A stretch of DNA of 64,000 nucleotides from Gemmatimonadota bacterium (GCA_039588275.1 JBDHAC010000018.1:1-64000); one strand, 5' to 3'. Counted from the stretch's first letter, positions 9,871 through 19,317 are shown. Notes: generated by a model not told the origin, from the letters alone. Program-made: numbers and translations.

Positions 9871-10943
9871 GTCGAGGCGGCCCCCGTCTCCACCGTGGGT
9901 TCCCCGCTCGCCGTCCGGGACGCGGCGCGCAGCTCGACGAGCCTGTGGCGCAGCGAGACCACGTCACCGAACACCTCGGCACCGGCGTCCTCCAGGGCAT
10001 CCCGATACGCGGAAGCGGCCCGACCGCCGGCGAACAGCCGGGTATCGGGCAGCAGGAGCTGTCGTAGGCGACGAATCGAAACCGGTAGCTCGGGATCGTC
10101 TTCGGGGTGAACGAGGCTGATCGCCACACCGCTCGCCTCGAGCGATACCGCGGCCGCGGCGATCTCATCCACGGGGAGGTCCGCACCCAGGAACGTGACC
10201 CTCCAGCCGGCGGCCGCGGCGGTCACCGCAACCAGCATCGCGCCAATCTCGTGCCGCTGCCGGTCGGGAGTCGCACAGACGATGTGCGGGCGTCCCGGGC
10301 CCCGGCGCTCGAGCGCGCCGATGACCTGATCCAGCGTGGCCCGGACCCCGGTCGATGCGAGGTGCTCGTGGCGGGGGTTGAGGCGCCGCTCCCACCACAT
10401 CTGACCGATTCGCTGCATGAGAGGAGCGATCATCTGCTCGACGAGAACGGCCGGTGGCAAGGTCACGACCGCACGGCTCAACGTTTCGTGCAACCAGTCG
10501 CGGTCGAGCGCCTCGACGGCCGCGAGGCATTCGGTGATCAGCTCTGTCGCCGTCGCCCCCCCCTCCTCGGTCCGGACCTCGAGTCGGGCGGCGACCGCCA
10601 ACTCGGCCTCCTCCGCCTGCTGCAGCTCCCGGGCGGCCTCGTCTTCCTCGACCAGTCGCGCAAGCTCCGCACGCGATAGCTGCGCCATCTGCTTGAGGCC
10701 ACGGCCGGCCCCGCTGGCTTTGCGCAGCAGTCGCAGGTAATCGATGTCGTCATCCGAGTACATGCGACGGCCCGTATCGGTGCGGGAGGGCTCCACGACA
10801 TCGTATCTGCGCTCCCACGCGCGGAGAACGTCCTTGCTCAATCCGGTCCGCAGCGAGACGACCTGGATCGGGTGACGCTTGAGCTGCGCTTCGTTATCCA
10901 TCGTCGCCAACCCCGCCCTGGTTCGGACTCCATTGTCGTTCAT
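9867..10943 (-). CDS. carH: MerR-family cobalamin-binding photoreceptor repressor (CarH/LitR-type)
   Basis: MerR HTH (LRAWERRY, GRRMYS); W-x9-EH (WWERRLNPRHEH); B12 motif QRHEIG..LGADLP; ATG 10943 with AGAGGAG RBS; the GTG at 11006 lies upstream of the predicted transcription start. Confidence 0.88.
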   Translation of the reverse strand: MNDNGVRTRAGLATMDNEAQLKRHPIQVVSLRTGLSKDVLRAWERRYDVVEPSRTDTGRRMYSDDDIDYLRLLRKASGAGRGLKQMAQLSRAELARLVEEDEAARELQQAEEAELAVAARLEVRTEEGGATATELITECLAAVEALDRDWLHETLSRAVVTLPPAVLVEQMIAPLMQRIGQMWWERRLNPRHEHLASTGVRATLDQVIGALERRGPGRPHIVCATPDRQRHEIGAMLVAVTAAAAGWRVTFLGADLPVDEIAAAAVSLEASGVAISLVHPEDDPELPVSIRRLRQLLLPDTRLFAGGRAASAYRDALEDAGAEVFGDVVSLRHRLVELRAASRTASGEPTVETGAAST

Positions 10944-11008
10944 GACAGCCGATCTCCTCTCGTTCACATCTATGTCCGCGAGTCTCGGCCGCTCCTCGTT
11001 GTGCACTC

Positions 11009-11037
11009 AGGATAGTCCGACGTCCAGCGCGTGTCAA
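11009..11037 (-). promoter_or_regulatory. sigma-70-type promoter of the carH-photolyase-DUF523/1722 operon
   Basis: Minus strand TTGACA (11037-11032), 17 bp, TATCCT (11014-11009). Confidence 0.75.
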
Positions 11038-11043
11038 CTTTAT

Positions 11044-11107
11044 AAATTGGACAAATACTTGACAACCGCCGGGTCACGCGTTACTGTGCTGGACAGAAAT
11101 TGGACAA
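11044..11107 (+). promoter_or_regulatory. Putative CarH operator: two pairs of 11-bp-spaced TnnACA direct repeats
   Basis: TGGACA 11048, TTGACA 11059, TGGACA 11090, TGGACA 11101; matches the nnnnTnnACAn repeat known for CarH. Confidence 0.75.
11059..11087 (+). promoter_or_regulatory. sigma-70-type promoter of the fasciclin gene
   Basis: TTGACA (11059-11064), 17 bp, TACTGT (11082-11087). Confidence 0.75.
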
Positions 11108-11167
11108 CACGGCGGGAGCCAAGCGAAACTCCCCCGATTTTCACCACTCCCAGAGGAGGAAAGAGCA

Positions 11168-11671
11168 ATGCGACGCACCGGACTCATGACACTCACGGCT
11201 CTCGCCCTGTTCACCGCGGCGCCCGTGGCCGCCCAGCAGACGTACGAGAAGCCTTCCAAGGACATCGTGGACACCGCCATCGAGGCGGGCTCGTTCAACA
11301 CGCTCGTGGCGGCCGTCCAGGCGGCCGGGCTCGTCGAGACGCTGAAGGGCGATGGTCCGTTCACGGTCTTCGCGCCCACCGACGAGGCGTTCGCCGCGCT
11401 CCCCGAGGGCACGCTCGAGACGCTCCTCAAGCCCGAGAACAAGGACAAGCTGATCGCGATCCTCACCTACCACGTGGTCGGTGGCAGCGTGACCAGCTCC
11501 GACGTCGTGACGCTCGAGTCGGCCAGGACCGTTCAGGGTCAGAGCGTATCGATCGAGGTCGAGGACGGGAACGTGATGATCGACGGTGCGAAGGTCGTCG
11601 CCGCCGACATCATGACGTCAAACGGCGTGATCCACGTGATCGACAAGGTGATCTTGCCCGCGAGCGAGTAA
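11168..11671 (+). CDS. Secreted fasciclin (FAS1) domain protein
   Basis: GAGGAGG RBS; signal peptide; [32 protein letters not shown]. Confidence 0.95.
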   Translation: MRRTGLMTLTALALFTAAPVAAQQTYEKPSKDIVDTAIEAGSFNTLVAAVQAAGLVETLKGDGPFTVFAPTDEAFAALPEGTLETLLKPENKDKLIAILTYHVVGGSVTSSDVVTLESARTVQGQSVSIEVEDGNVMIDGAKVVAADIMTSNGVIHVIDKVILPASE

Positions 11672-11798
11672 CCTCGCGGCGAAGCGTTCACTCCTGCGCA
11701 GCCCGGTGTCCTGCGTGAGGGCTCCGGGCTGCCTTCTTTTCTCACGTATTCCGTTTCGCACGATTGATTCGAGCGTTTGAAGCGTTTCAGGTGATGCC

Positions 11799-13295
11799 AT
11801 GAGGATCTTGCTGACCGGAGCCACGGGTTACGTAGGGGGCCGGCTGCTCGAGGAGCTGGAGGCCGAGGGACACGAGGTGCGGTGCCTCGCGCGCGAGCCC
11901 GAATACGCCCGCGCGGTCGCCGGCCCGAAGACCGAGGTCGTTCGAGGGGATGTGCTGGACCCCGGCTCGCTCGAGGGCGCGTTCGAGGACATCGAGGCCG
12001 CCTACTATCTCGTCCACTCTATGGGGACGCGGGGCAACTTCGAGACGCAGGATCGCGAAGGAGCCAGCAATTTCGCGGCCGCGGCCCGTCGCGCGGGTGT
12101 CGGCCGGATCATCTACCTGGGCGGGCTCGGTCGCGGTCCGGATCTGTCGCCGCACCTCAGAAGCCGGCAGGAGGTGGGCGACATCCTGCGAGCGGCGGGC
12201 GTGCCCACGCTCGAGCTTCGCGCCTCGATCATCATCGGCTCCGGGAGTCTCTCCTTCGAGCTCGTCCGGGCACTGGTCGAGAAGCTTCCGGTCATGGTGA
12301 CACCGCGCTGGGTGAAGGTGAGGGCGCAACCGCTCGCGATCGAGGACCTGATCGCGTACCTGGTCGCGGGCCTGCAGGGCCCACCGGAGAACGGCGTGTA
12401 CGAGATCGGTGGTGCGGACCAGGTCTCGTACGGCGACATCATGCGAGAGTACGCGCGACAGCGAGGACTGCGCCGCTTCATGATCCCCGTGCCGGTCCTG
12501 ACCCCGCACCTGTCGAGCCTGTGGCTGGGGCTCATTACACCCGTGTACGCGCGCGTAGGGCGCAAGCTGATCGATGGAGTGCGGAATCCGACGGTGGTCG
12601 TGGACGGCTCGGCTTCCGAGCGCTTCAGGGTGCGGCCACGGGGGATCCACAACGCGATCGCGCGGGCGCTCGTGAACGAGGATCGCGAGTTCGCGCGCAC
12701 GCGCTGGTCGGACGCGCTCTCGTCGGCGGGCGATACCGGTTGGGGCGGTGAGAAGTCGGGATCGCGACTCGTGGACTCGCGAGTGCGGGTCGTGTCCGCG
12801 GGCCTGGCTCAGGCGTTCGCGCCCATACGCCGGCTCGGGGGTGACGTCGGGTGGTACGGCTCCAGCGCGCTGTGGCGCGTCCGCGGATTCCTCGACCTGC
12901 TGGTCGGCGGAGTCGGAACGAGACGCGGACGACGCGACCCCGAGCACGTACGTCCCGGTGACACGGTCGATTTCTGGCGCGTCGAGGACGTCGAACCGGA
13001 CCGATTGCTGCGGCTCGCGGCCGAAATGAAGCTACCCGGCCGTGCGTGGCTCCAGTACGAGGTCGAGCCGGTCGGACAGGAGACCGCGATCCGGCAGACC
13101 GCCCTGTTCGACCCTCGGGGGTTGTTCGGGCTTCTGTATTGGTACGGCCTGTATCCGGTCCACAAGATCGTCTTCGACCGGCTTCTCGACGGTATCGCGG
13201 AGCGCGCTGACGCTGAGTCGGGGCGCGGGGCGGAACCGGCGGCCGTGAAACCTGCCGTGAACCCTGAGGACGCTCCACGCGTACATTTGGCATGA
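11799..13295 (+). CDS. ybjT: Atypical SDR oxidoreductase with DUF2867 (YbjT-like)
   Basis: TGATGYVG, AYYLVHSM, HLRSR, RASIIIGSGS; DFWRVE, AEMKLPGRAWL, PRGLFGLLYWY. Confidence 0.9.
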   Translation: MRILLTGATGYVGGRLLEELEAEGHEVRCLAREPEYARAVAGPKTEVVRGDVLDPGSLEGAFEDIEAAYYLVHSMGTRGNFETQDREGASNFAAAARRAGVGRIIYLGGLGRGPDLSPHLRSRQEVGDILRAAGVPTLELRASIIIGSGSLSFELVRALVEKLPVMVTPRWVKVRAQPLAIEDLIAYLVAGLQGPPENGVYEIGGADQVSYGDIMREYARQRGLRRFMIPVPVLTPHLSSLWLGLITPVYARVGRKLIDGVRNPTVVVDGSASERFRVRPRGIHNAIARALVNEDREFARTRWSDALSSAGDTGWGGEKSGSRLVDSRVRVVSAGLAQAFAPIRRLGGDVGWYGSSALWRVRGFLDLLVGGVGTRRGRRDPEHVRPGDTVDFWRVEDVEPDRLLRLAAEMKLPGRAWLQYEVEPVGQETAIRQTALFDPRGLFGLLYWYGLYPVHKIVFDRLLDGIAERADAESGRGAEPAAVKPAVNPEDAPRVHLA

Positions 13296-13398
13296 CCGAT
13301 GAAGGCGATGCGGGGGTGGGCCGGCCGATAACCCGACACCCCGACGCCGACGAGAACACGCCGCACACGGCGATTACATAGCGAGCTGGAGCCCACGC

Positions 13399-14304
13399 AT
13401 GGAGCGCATCCGAATCCCGAACGCCGCGACCTACCTGCCGATCGCGCCGGCGGACTTTCTGCTCACGGCACCGCTCGTCGCTCGCGCGCTGTTCGGGGCT
13501 ACGCTGCCCGGCCGGGTGTTGCAGGCCACCGCGGTGGGCGTGTACGCCGGGAGTGCCGCCCTCGATTGGGCGCTGCGGGCCGAAGCCCGCCACGTCGATT
13601 TCAAGGCCGAGTTCGGGGTGGACCCGCTCGACCCTCCCGCCGCCTCCACCCAGGAGCGAAAGGCGGATGCCGCGAGACTCGGGGAGCGGCTCAACGGGCT
13701 CTATCAACCGATGCGTATCCCGCGCCGAGAGCTCGCGTCGGAAGTGGACCGGCACCTGACCGATTTCATCGCCGCGATCACGGGGCAGCGGATCGAGACC
13801 AGCTCGCGCGTCCGCGAGTTCATGATCGCCCACGTCCTCTTCCCCTTCGCGCTGGGGGCGGCTGACCCGCTAACCGGTGACGTCGCGATCTTCAAACGCA
13901 TCGGGATCTTCGAGCCGCACGTCATCGCACACGAGTTCTGCCACCGCAAAGGATACCTGAAGGAGGTCGAGGCCCAGATTCTGGCGTACCTGGCCCTCTC
14001 GCACTCCGGTGACCCGGTGCTCGAGCAGTCGGCCCTGTGCGAACGGTTGGACCGGCATCTGTGGGTGCTCGCCGACCGCAAGCCGGAGCGCTACAACGAG
14101 CTGGTCGAGGAGAGCGACCTCCGGGCCGAGCTCAAGGAAGCCCTGAGCCTGAGGCACCCCGCGGAACAGCCGTACGCGCAGCTCGTGTCGCCGGTGATGA
14201 AGGGGATCTACGACGCCCGCATGCGGCTCACGGGGCAGAACGGGTTGGCCGACTACGACGAGGGGTTCACCAACTTCCTGCTGGCGATCGAGCGCGACGC
14301 GTAG
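13399..14304 (+). CDS. DUF3810-like putative zinc metallopeptidase
   Basis: HEFCHRKGYLKEVEAQ (HExxH..G...E.EA); N-terminal hydrophobic segments. Confidence 0.65.
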   Translation: MERIRIPNAATYLPIAPADFLLTAPLVARALFGATLPGRVLQATAVGVYAGSAALDWALRAEARHVDFKAEFGVDPLDPPAASTQERKADAARLGERLNGLYQPMRIPRRELASEVDRHLTDFIAAITGQRIETSSRVREFMIAHVLFPFALGAADPLTGDVAIFKRIGIFEPHVIAHEFCHRKGYLKEVEAQILAYLALSHSGDPVLEQSALCERLDRHLWVLADRKPERYNELVEESDLRAELKEALSLRHPAEQPYAQLVSPVMKGIYDARMRLTGQNGLADYDEGFTNFLLAIERDA

Positions 14305-14327
14305 CGGGCCGACCGGCGGGCCGACCG
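14304..14327. repeat. 12-bp tandem repeat after the stop codon
   Basis: GCGGGCCGACCG x2. Confidence 0.6.
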
Positions 14328-14438
14328 GCTCGCCGCGGACAGGCGGCGCCAGTGCCAACCGGGCCGGCTCGCGCCGCCTGAGCAGCCGTGACAAGGCCTA
14401 CGCCGGAACGGCCGGGGCATGCTGGCGCAGCTCGCCGG

Positions 14439-15275
14439 TCAGCGAATCTCGAACCGCACCGGGACCACCCCGACGGCCTCCGCGATCAGCTCCGAAGCAC
14501 CCAGCTCCAAGTTATGCACCTCACGCGCCGGAATGGAGCGCTGCTCGGCTGCTGTGAGTAGAGGTGTCAGGGTCAGATGGAGCCGAAAATCCTCCTCCAC
14601 GAGGACCGCACCCGGACCCGACAGCACACGGTCTCGGTAACGCTCTCGGAGCGTGGCGAGATCGAAGCGGATCTCGACCGTCTCCTCCCCCTCGACCAGC
14701 GACAGCTCGCGGGTTCCCTCGTCCAGCACCGTCCTGTACGTGCGCTCGTCCAGCACCCAGTCGAGCCGATAAGCACCCTCGCGATCACCGCGAAGGTGAA
14801 GCGTGGCGGTCCGCGCCGCGGGTGCTTCTGCGGTGATCTCCACTCGCTCGACCCGGTGTCGTTGTTGGACGAAGGCTGCAAACCACTGCTCTCGCTCGGC
14901 AGCCACCTCACGCTCGGAGCCGTACCGGAGGGCGGAGATCGTCGAGCCGGCGACCAGGACGGCGATGACGGCGCCCCACACCCAGAGCAGCACATGACCG
15001 CGTCGGCGCGCGAGGTGCCAGGTCTCCTGGGGGGCACGTTCGTACCGGGAGCCGAGTCGGAGACCCGCCCAGACGCCCAGGGTGAGGACGAAGAGCCCGA
15101 TGAGGGCCCCGAGGCCGAAGACGACCGGGCCGACGGCATCGGGCCATTGATCGTCGCCGAACAGGAAGAGCCACGACGCGCCGAGGGCGAACGCGATCGT
15201 CTCGAAGGCCGCGACGGCGCCCAGCAACAGCCCCCAGACCGCGCCGACGAGCGCGTAGAGTCGGCGGAGCCTCAC
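14439..15275 (-). CDS. Hypothetical membrane protein (about 3 TM helices plus a soluble beta-rich domain)
   Basis: GTG with GGAG upstream; hydrophobic stretches and WLFLFGDDQWP. Confidence 0.65.
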   Translation of the reverse strand: MRLRRLYALVGAVWGLLLGAVAAFETIAFALGASWLFLFGDDQWPDAVGPVVFGLGALIGLFVLTLGVWAGLRLGSRYERAPQETWHLARRRGHVLLWVWGAVIAVLVAGSTISALRYGSEREVAAEREQWFAAFVQQRHRVERVEITAEAPAARTATLHLRGDREGAYRLDWVLDERTYRTVLDEGTRELSLVEGEETVEIRFDLATLRERYRDRVLSGPGAVLVEEDFRLHLTLTPLLTAAEQRSIPAREVHNLELGASELIAEAVGVVPVRFEIR

Positions 15276-15384
15276 CAGGTCGCTCCGAAGCGCACACCCG
15301 GGTGGACGCCGGCGCTCGCGCCCTCCGGGCAGGACGTACCAGCGCTCAGGGCGTGTTCAAGCCGCTTCGCCCGCCCGTGCCTGT

Positions 15385-15717
15385 CTATCCGAGCTCCTTC
15401 CGGTCCAAACGGTCCAGCTCGGCCTCATACTGCTCCAGCGTGAGCGCGCCGTCCACGAAGCGCCGCTGTAAGGACTCGAGGGCCGTCTGGGGCTCCGCTG
15501 GAACGGGCGCGGCGTTGTCGGCGCTCATCTCCTCCGATGACGATCCAGGTGGGACCGCGTGAGCGGTCGCGGGATCCGAACTGCCCGAGGGCAGCGCATT
15601 CGCATCCGCGGCGCTAGCGCCGCTTCGAAGGCGGCGGTGAGACCAGGCGCGCCGGCATCCCGCCCCACACCCGAAGAGTAACCAGAATGCTGCCAGCCAA
15701 ATCAGCCAATCGGGCAT
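15385..15717 (-). CDS. Small membrane protein with C-terminal SHOCT domain
   Basis: N-terminal TM; ALESLQRRFVDGALTLEQYEAEL. Confidence 0.75.
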   Translation of the reverse strand: MPDWLIWLAAFWLLFGCGAGCRRAWSHRRLRSGASAADANALPSGSSDPATAHAVPPGSSSEEMSADNAAPVPAEPQTALESLQRRFVDGALTLEQYEAELDRLDRKELG

Positions 15718-16010
15718 AGTGCCCCCTATCTACATGTCGGCGACGGCGCGCGTAGGCGATCGGACGAGACCATCCGGCCAGGCCGTGCCAGACTCGAAAT
15801 CTAGCCGGCCCACCTTCAGGACGATAAACGGCCCCTAGAGGATTCGACGGAGCCTGACGAGCGAGGGGCACACTTCGCATTCGCAGTGTATCATTCCGCT
15901 ACAATCCGCCCCGCGACCCGGTGGGTCGGGGATGCCTCGCACGACCGAGTCACGGTCATGAGGCGACACAGGCCACATCGAACCACCGACATCGGAGCCA
16001 TCCAGATCCC

Positions 16011-17387
16011 GTGAGCCCACAGCTGACCATCGTCGAATGCTCCGACTCCTTTTCCGAGCTGTGGCCACAGCTCGCCCAGCGACTGGGTGTGGGGCTGGAG
16101 ACCGTCAGGGAACCCTCCGAGGCGACCCACATCCGGGGGGGGTGCGTCCTTTTGGCGTGCGCCGGCGTCGAGAGTGGGGCGATCGAGCAGCTTCATCGAG
16201 CCCACCGCGCCGGGATCGATGCGCCCATCGTGGTCGGAGCCGAGCCGGATCACCGGCTTGCCGTTCAGCTGATGCGTCGCGGTGCATCGTCGTACTTCGC
16301 GCTCCCGGGCGATCTACCCCGCCTCGAGCAGGAGCTGCTCGAGAGGATCGCCCCCCTCCAAAAGGAGCCCGAGGAAGGCGATTCCTCGCCCGCAGCGGGA
16401 GTGGAGTTCGATTTCAGCGCGATCATCGGGGATCACGATTCGATCCGCGGGGCGTTGGATCGAGCCGCGAAGGTTATTCCCGGGGGACGAGCGACCGTCC
16501 TGATCCTGGGCGAGACCGGGACCGGCAAGGAGCTCTTCGCCCAGGCCATCCACGCCAACGGTCCGCGGGCGGCGGAGCCGTTCGTCGCCGTCAACTGCTC
16601 CGCGATCCCGGGAACGCTTCTGGAGTCGGAGCTCTTCGGCCACGAAAAGGGCGCGTTCACCGATGCTCGAACGTCCAAGCCCGGGCTGCTCGAGGTCGCC
16701 GATCGCGGGACCGTCTTTCTGGACGAGATCTCCGCCATGCCGCTGGAATTGCAGGGCAAGCTCCTGCGTTTTCTGGAGACGCGAGAGGTCCGCCGGGTCG
16801 GGGGTCTGAGGACGACCCAGGTGGACGTCCGGATCCTCGCGGCGGCCAACAGGGACCTGCGGCGGCTCATCGAGGCCGGTGAGTTCCGCGAGGATCTGTA
16901 CTACCGTCTGGCGGTCATCCCAATCGAGCTCCCTCCCCTGCGGGAGCGAGGGAGCGATCTCCTCCTGCTGTCCAGGCACTTTCTCTCGACCCTGGCTGCC
17001 AGCTATGGGCTCGAGGAGCCGGAGCTGACGCGTGACGCTCTCGCGACCATCGAGCAGCACCCCTGGCCCGGGAACGTCCGCGAGCTACGAAACGGCATCG
17101 AGCGCGCGCTGCTGCTGTGCGAGAGCGGGGCGATCCGACCGGAGCACCTGGCTCTTGCTGAGACGTCGTCCCTCGTCGTGCGCCGACCGGGGCTCTCGGG
17201 CGACCCCGGCGGTGACAGCCCGCTCCCCTTCCCGGCCACTCTGGATGAGCTCGAGCGGGCCGCGGCCCGGGCGATGGTGGACCGCTTCGGCGGGAACAAG
17301 AGCGAGGCCGCGCGCAGGCTCGGCATCACCCGTTCGCGGCTGTACAGGATTCTGCGGCGCGACGAGCCCGTCGGCCCCGACGGCTGA
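16011..17387 (+). CDS. sigma-54-dependent activator (bEBP): degenerate receiver, AAA+, Fis-type HTH
   Basis: GETGTGKE, ESELFGHEKGAFTDA, FLDEI, FREDLYYRL, WPGNVREL, GNKSEAARRLGITRSRLY; GTG 16011 chosen from an upstream GGAG. Confidence 0.92.
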   Translation: MSPQLTIVECSDSFSELWPQLAQRLGVGLETVREPSEATHIRGGCVLLACAGVESGAIEQLHRAHRAGIDAPIVVGAEPDHRLAVQLMRRGASSYFALPGDLPRLEQELLERIAPLQKEPEEGDSSPAAGVEFDFSAIIGDHDSIRGALDRAAKVIPGGRATVLILGETGTGKELFAQAIHANGPRAAEPFVAVNCSAIPGTLLESELFGHEKGAFTDARTSKPGLLEVADRGTVFLDEISAMPLELQGKLLRFLETREVRRVGGLRTTQVDVRILAAANRDLRRLIEAGEFREDLYYRLAVIPIELPPLRERGSDLLLLSRHFLSTLAASYGLEEPELTRDALATIEQHPWPGNVRELRNGIERALLLCESGAIRPEHLALAETSSLVVRRPGLSGDPGGDSPLPFPATLDELERAAARAMVDRFGGNKSEAARRLGITRSRLYRILRRDEPVGPDG

Positions 17388-17402
17388 GGGATCCGCTCGA
17401 GG

Positions 17403-17438
17403 TGTCGCGCAGCGAGACAGTTGTTGCGTTCGCGTACA
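17403..17438. promoter_or_regulatory. Tandem bEBP enhancer-like sites (TGT-N11-ACA x2)
   Basis: TGTCGCGCAGCGAGACA (17403-17419) and TGTTGCGTTCGCGTACA (17422-17438). Confidence 0.6.
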
Positions 17439-17480
17439 GCTTCGTGAAACGTATCTTATTGTAATGTAAAGACTTACACG

Positions 17481-17496
17481 GGGAACGGGTGTTGCA
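17481..17496 (+). promoter_or_regulatory. sigma-54 -24/-12 promoter
   Basis: GGGAACGGGTGTTGCA with GG(17482-83)-N10-GC(17494-95); AT-rich imperfect palindrome 17451-17477 just upstream. Confidence 0.7.
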
Positions 17497-17558
17497 CGTC
17501 ATCAGGTCCGTCCGCCGTTCCCCGTGGGAGCAGAAGCGACCGAGTCACCCGAGAGAGA

Positions 17559-18239
17559 ATGATGAACGAACGTGAGACTATGATCCCGACGCCGCACCCG
17601 CGTGGTCAGATGCACGCTCGAGTCTTCGCGTGTCTGCTGCTCGTGACGGGCTGTGGGGAATCGTCCCTACTGACCGAGCCCCCGCCGCCCCCCGATGGCT
17701 TGCCGGACGCGTCGCTCACGTTCCTGCGGCCGGCGAGCCTCGCTCAGCCTCTTCTGACGACGGACACCAGCTTCGTGGCGACGCGCGGTGAGGAGCTCGA
17801 TGTTCGTCTCTTCTATGCTCCCGAGCCTGGGAGCAGTGATCCGGTGGGCGAGCGGTTTCTGGAGTTCGAGCTAGACGAGGAATCGCTCCTCCGCTATCCG
17901 GCTACCGGCCACCCCAAGGCGGGCCAGCTCTTTCAAGACGGCGACACGATCACGATTCACCTCCACGTGCAGACCGACACCCTTCTGGTGGAGTTCGAGC
18001 CCAGCGGCCTCCAGTTCGATATCGCGGAACCGGCCGAGCTCGAGTTGCGCTACGGAAACGCCGACGACGACTACGACAATGACGGCGAGTCCGACCCGGA
18101 GTCCGAGGAGGACATCGACATGTGGCGGCAGGAGAAGCCGGGAGACCCCTGGTTCCGGGTCGGGGAGATCAAGGACGTGGATCAGGATCGGATACGGGCA
18201 CGCTTGACGTCGTTCACGCGCTACGCGCTGGCGATATGA
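17559..18239 (+). CDS. Hypothetical lipoprotein
   Basis: Lipobox-like LLVTGC; beta-rich acidic domain (VEFEPSGLQF, ELELRYGNAD, SFTRYALAI); start may be 17580 or 17610. Confidence 0.7.
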   Translation: MMNERETMIPTPHPRGQMHARVFACLLLVTGCGESSLLTEPPPPPDGLPDASLTFLRPASLAQPLLTTDTSFVATRGEELDVRLFYAPEPGSSDPVGERFLEFELDEESLLRYPATGHPKAGQLFQDGDTITIHLHVQTDTLLVEFEPSGLQFDIAEPAELELRYGNADDDYDNDGESDPESEEDIDMWRQEKPGDPWFRVGEIKDVDQDRIRARLTSFTRYALAI

Positions 18240-18318
18240 GCATCCCGGGTGGACGCCTCAACTACCCGCTGCGCTTTTTGACGACACCGGTGGCCTCCGT
18301 CTGACGGCGACGCGAACC

Positions 18319-19317
18319 ATGCCCACGCCACTCGACGACGCGCTACGCTCGAAGGTCGGATCGCTGGCCGAAGCCGGTGACTGGACCGCGCTGTACGAGC
18401 TGCTTCGCGGCGAGGCGCGCGCGGATCTGCTGGCCGACAGGGACGCCGCGTACCGGTTCGCCGAGTCGCTGTACCATACCGGGCGCATGGACGAGCTCGC
18501 CTCGTACGCGGCCGGGTTCGAGGAGTCGGCGCGGGGCGCCTCGGATCCCGAGGGGGTCATGCGTGCGTTGAATCTCGCGGGCATCGCGGCGTTCGAGCTT
18601 GGCGACACCGAAGGCGCGCGTACCCGGTTCGATGCCCTGATGGAGCTGGCCGAGGCAAGTCACGATAAAGAGATGCTGGCTCGAGCCTCGAACAACCTCG
18701 GCGCGATCGCGAACCTGAAGGGCCGTCGCCACGAGGCGCTCGCGTACTATCACCTGGCGATCCCACTCTACCAACGGCTCGGCCAGCCTCGTGGTCTCGC
18801 GCAAGCGTATCACAACCTGGGCCACACGTACCGCGACATGGGCCGCCCGGACGAGTGCATCGCCTCCTACACGCGCGCCATCGTCCTGGCCGAAGAGATC
18901 GACTACAAACCTCTGATCGCCATGTCGACGGTGGGACGTGCGGAGGCGGAGGTACGCCGCGGAGACGTTGCGCTTGCCCGCGAGCTCGCCGAACGGGGAC
19001 TCTCGCTCGCGCGTACGGTTCGTGACCCCATCTCGGAGACGGAGGCGTTGCGCGTGCGCGGCCTCGTGTACTGCGCCGGGGGTGACGACACGACCGCGAT
19101 CGAGGATCTGGAGTATGCCCGGTCTCTGGCCCGCGAGACCAAGAGCACCCTGCTCGAAGCCGAGATCGAACGAGATATCGGCACGCTGCGACTGGGAGCC
19201 GGTCGGGCGAAAGAGGCTCGGGCAAACTTCGAAGCCGCACTCGACCTGTTCGAGTCTCTCGGGGCTGCGGCCGAGTCGCGGGCCGTGCGCCTCCGCCTGG
19301 AATCGATCGACGAATAG
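18319..19317 (+). CDS. Cytoplasmic tetratricopeptide-repeat protein
   Basis: Long TPR units: RALNLAG, ARASNNLG, AQAYHNLG, TEALRVRG; no signal peptide. Confidence 0.85.
   Translation: MPTPLDDALRSKVGSLAEAGDWTALYELLRGEARADLLADRDAAYRFAESLYHTGRMDELASYAAGFEESARGASDPEGVMRALNLAGIAAFELGDTEGARTRFDALMELAEASHDKEMLARASNNLGAIANLKGRRHEALAYYHLAIPLYQRLGQPRGLAQAYHNLGHTYRDMGRPDECIASYTRAIVLAEEIDYKPLIAMSTVGRAEAEVRRGDVALARELAERGLSLARTVRDPISETEALRVRGLVYCAGGDDTTAIEDLEYARSLARETKSTLLEAEIERDIGTLRLGAGRAKEARANFEAALDLFESLGAAAESRAVRLRLESIDE

Noticed and set aside
8348..10186. Long alternative-frame or antisense ORFs (e.g. 8348-10186, 2189-3820, 32382-34154, 48845-50680, 37734-39317)
   Set aside because: Arg/Pro/Gly-rich shadows of genes with clear motifs, expected in high-GC DNA
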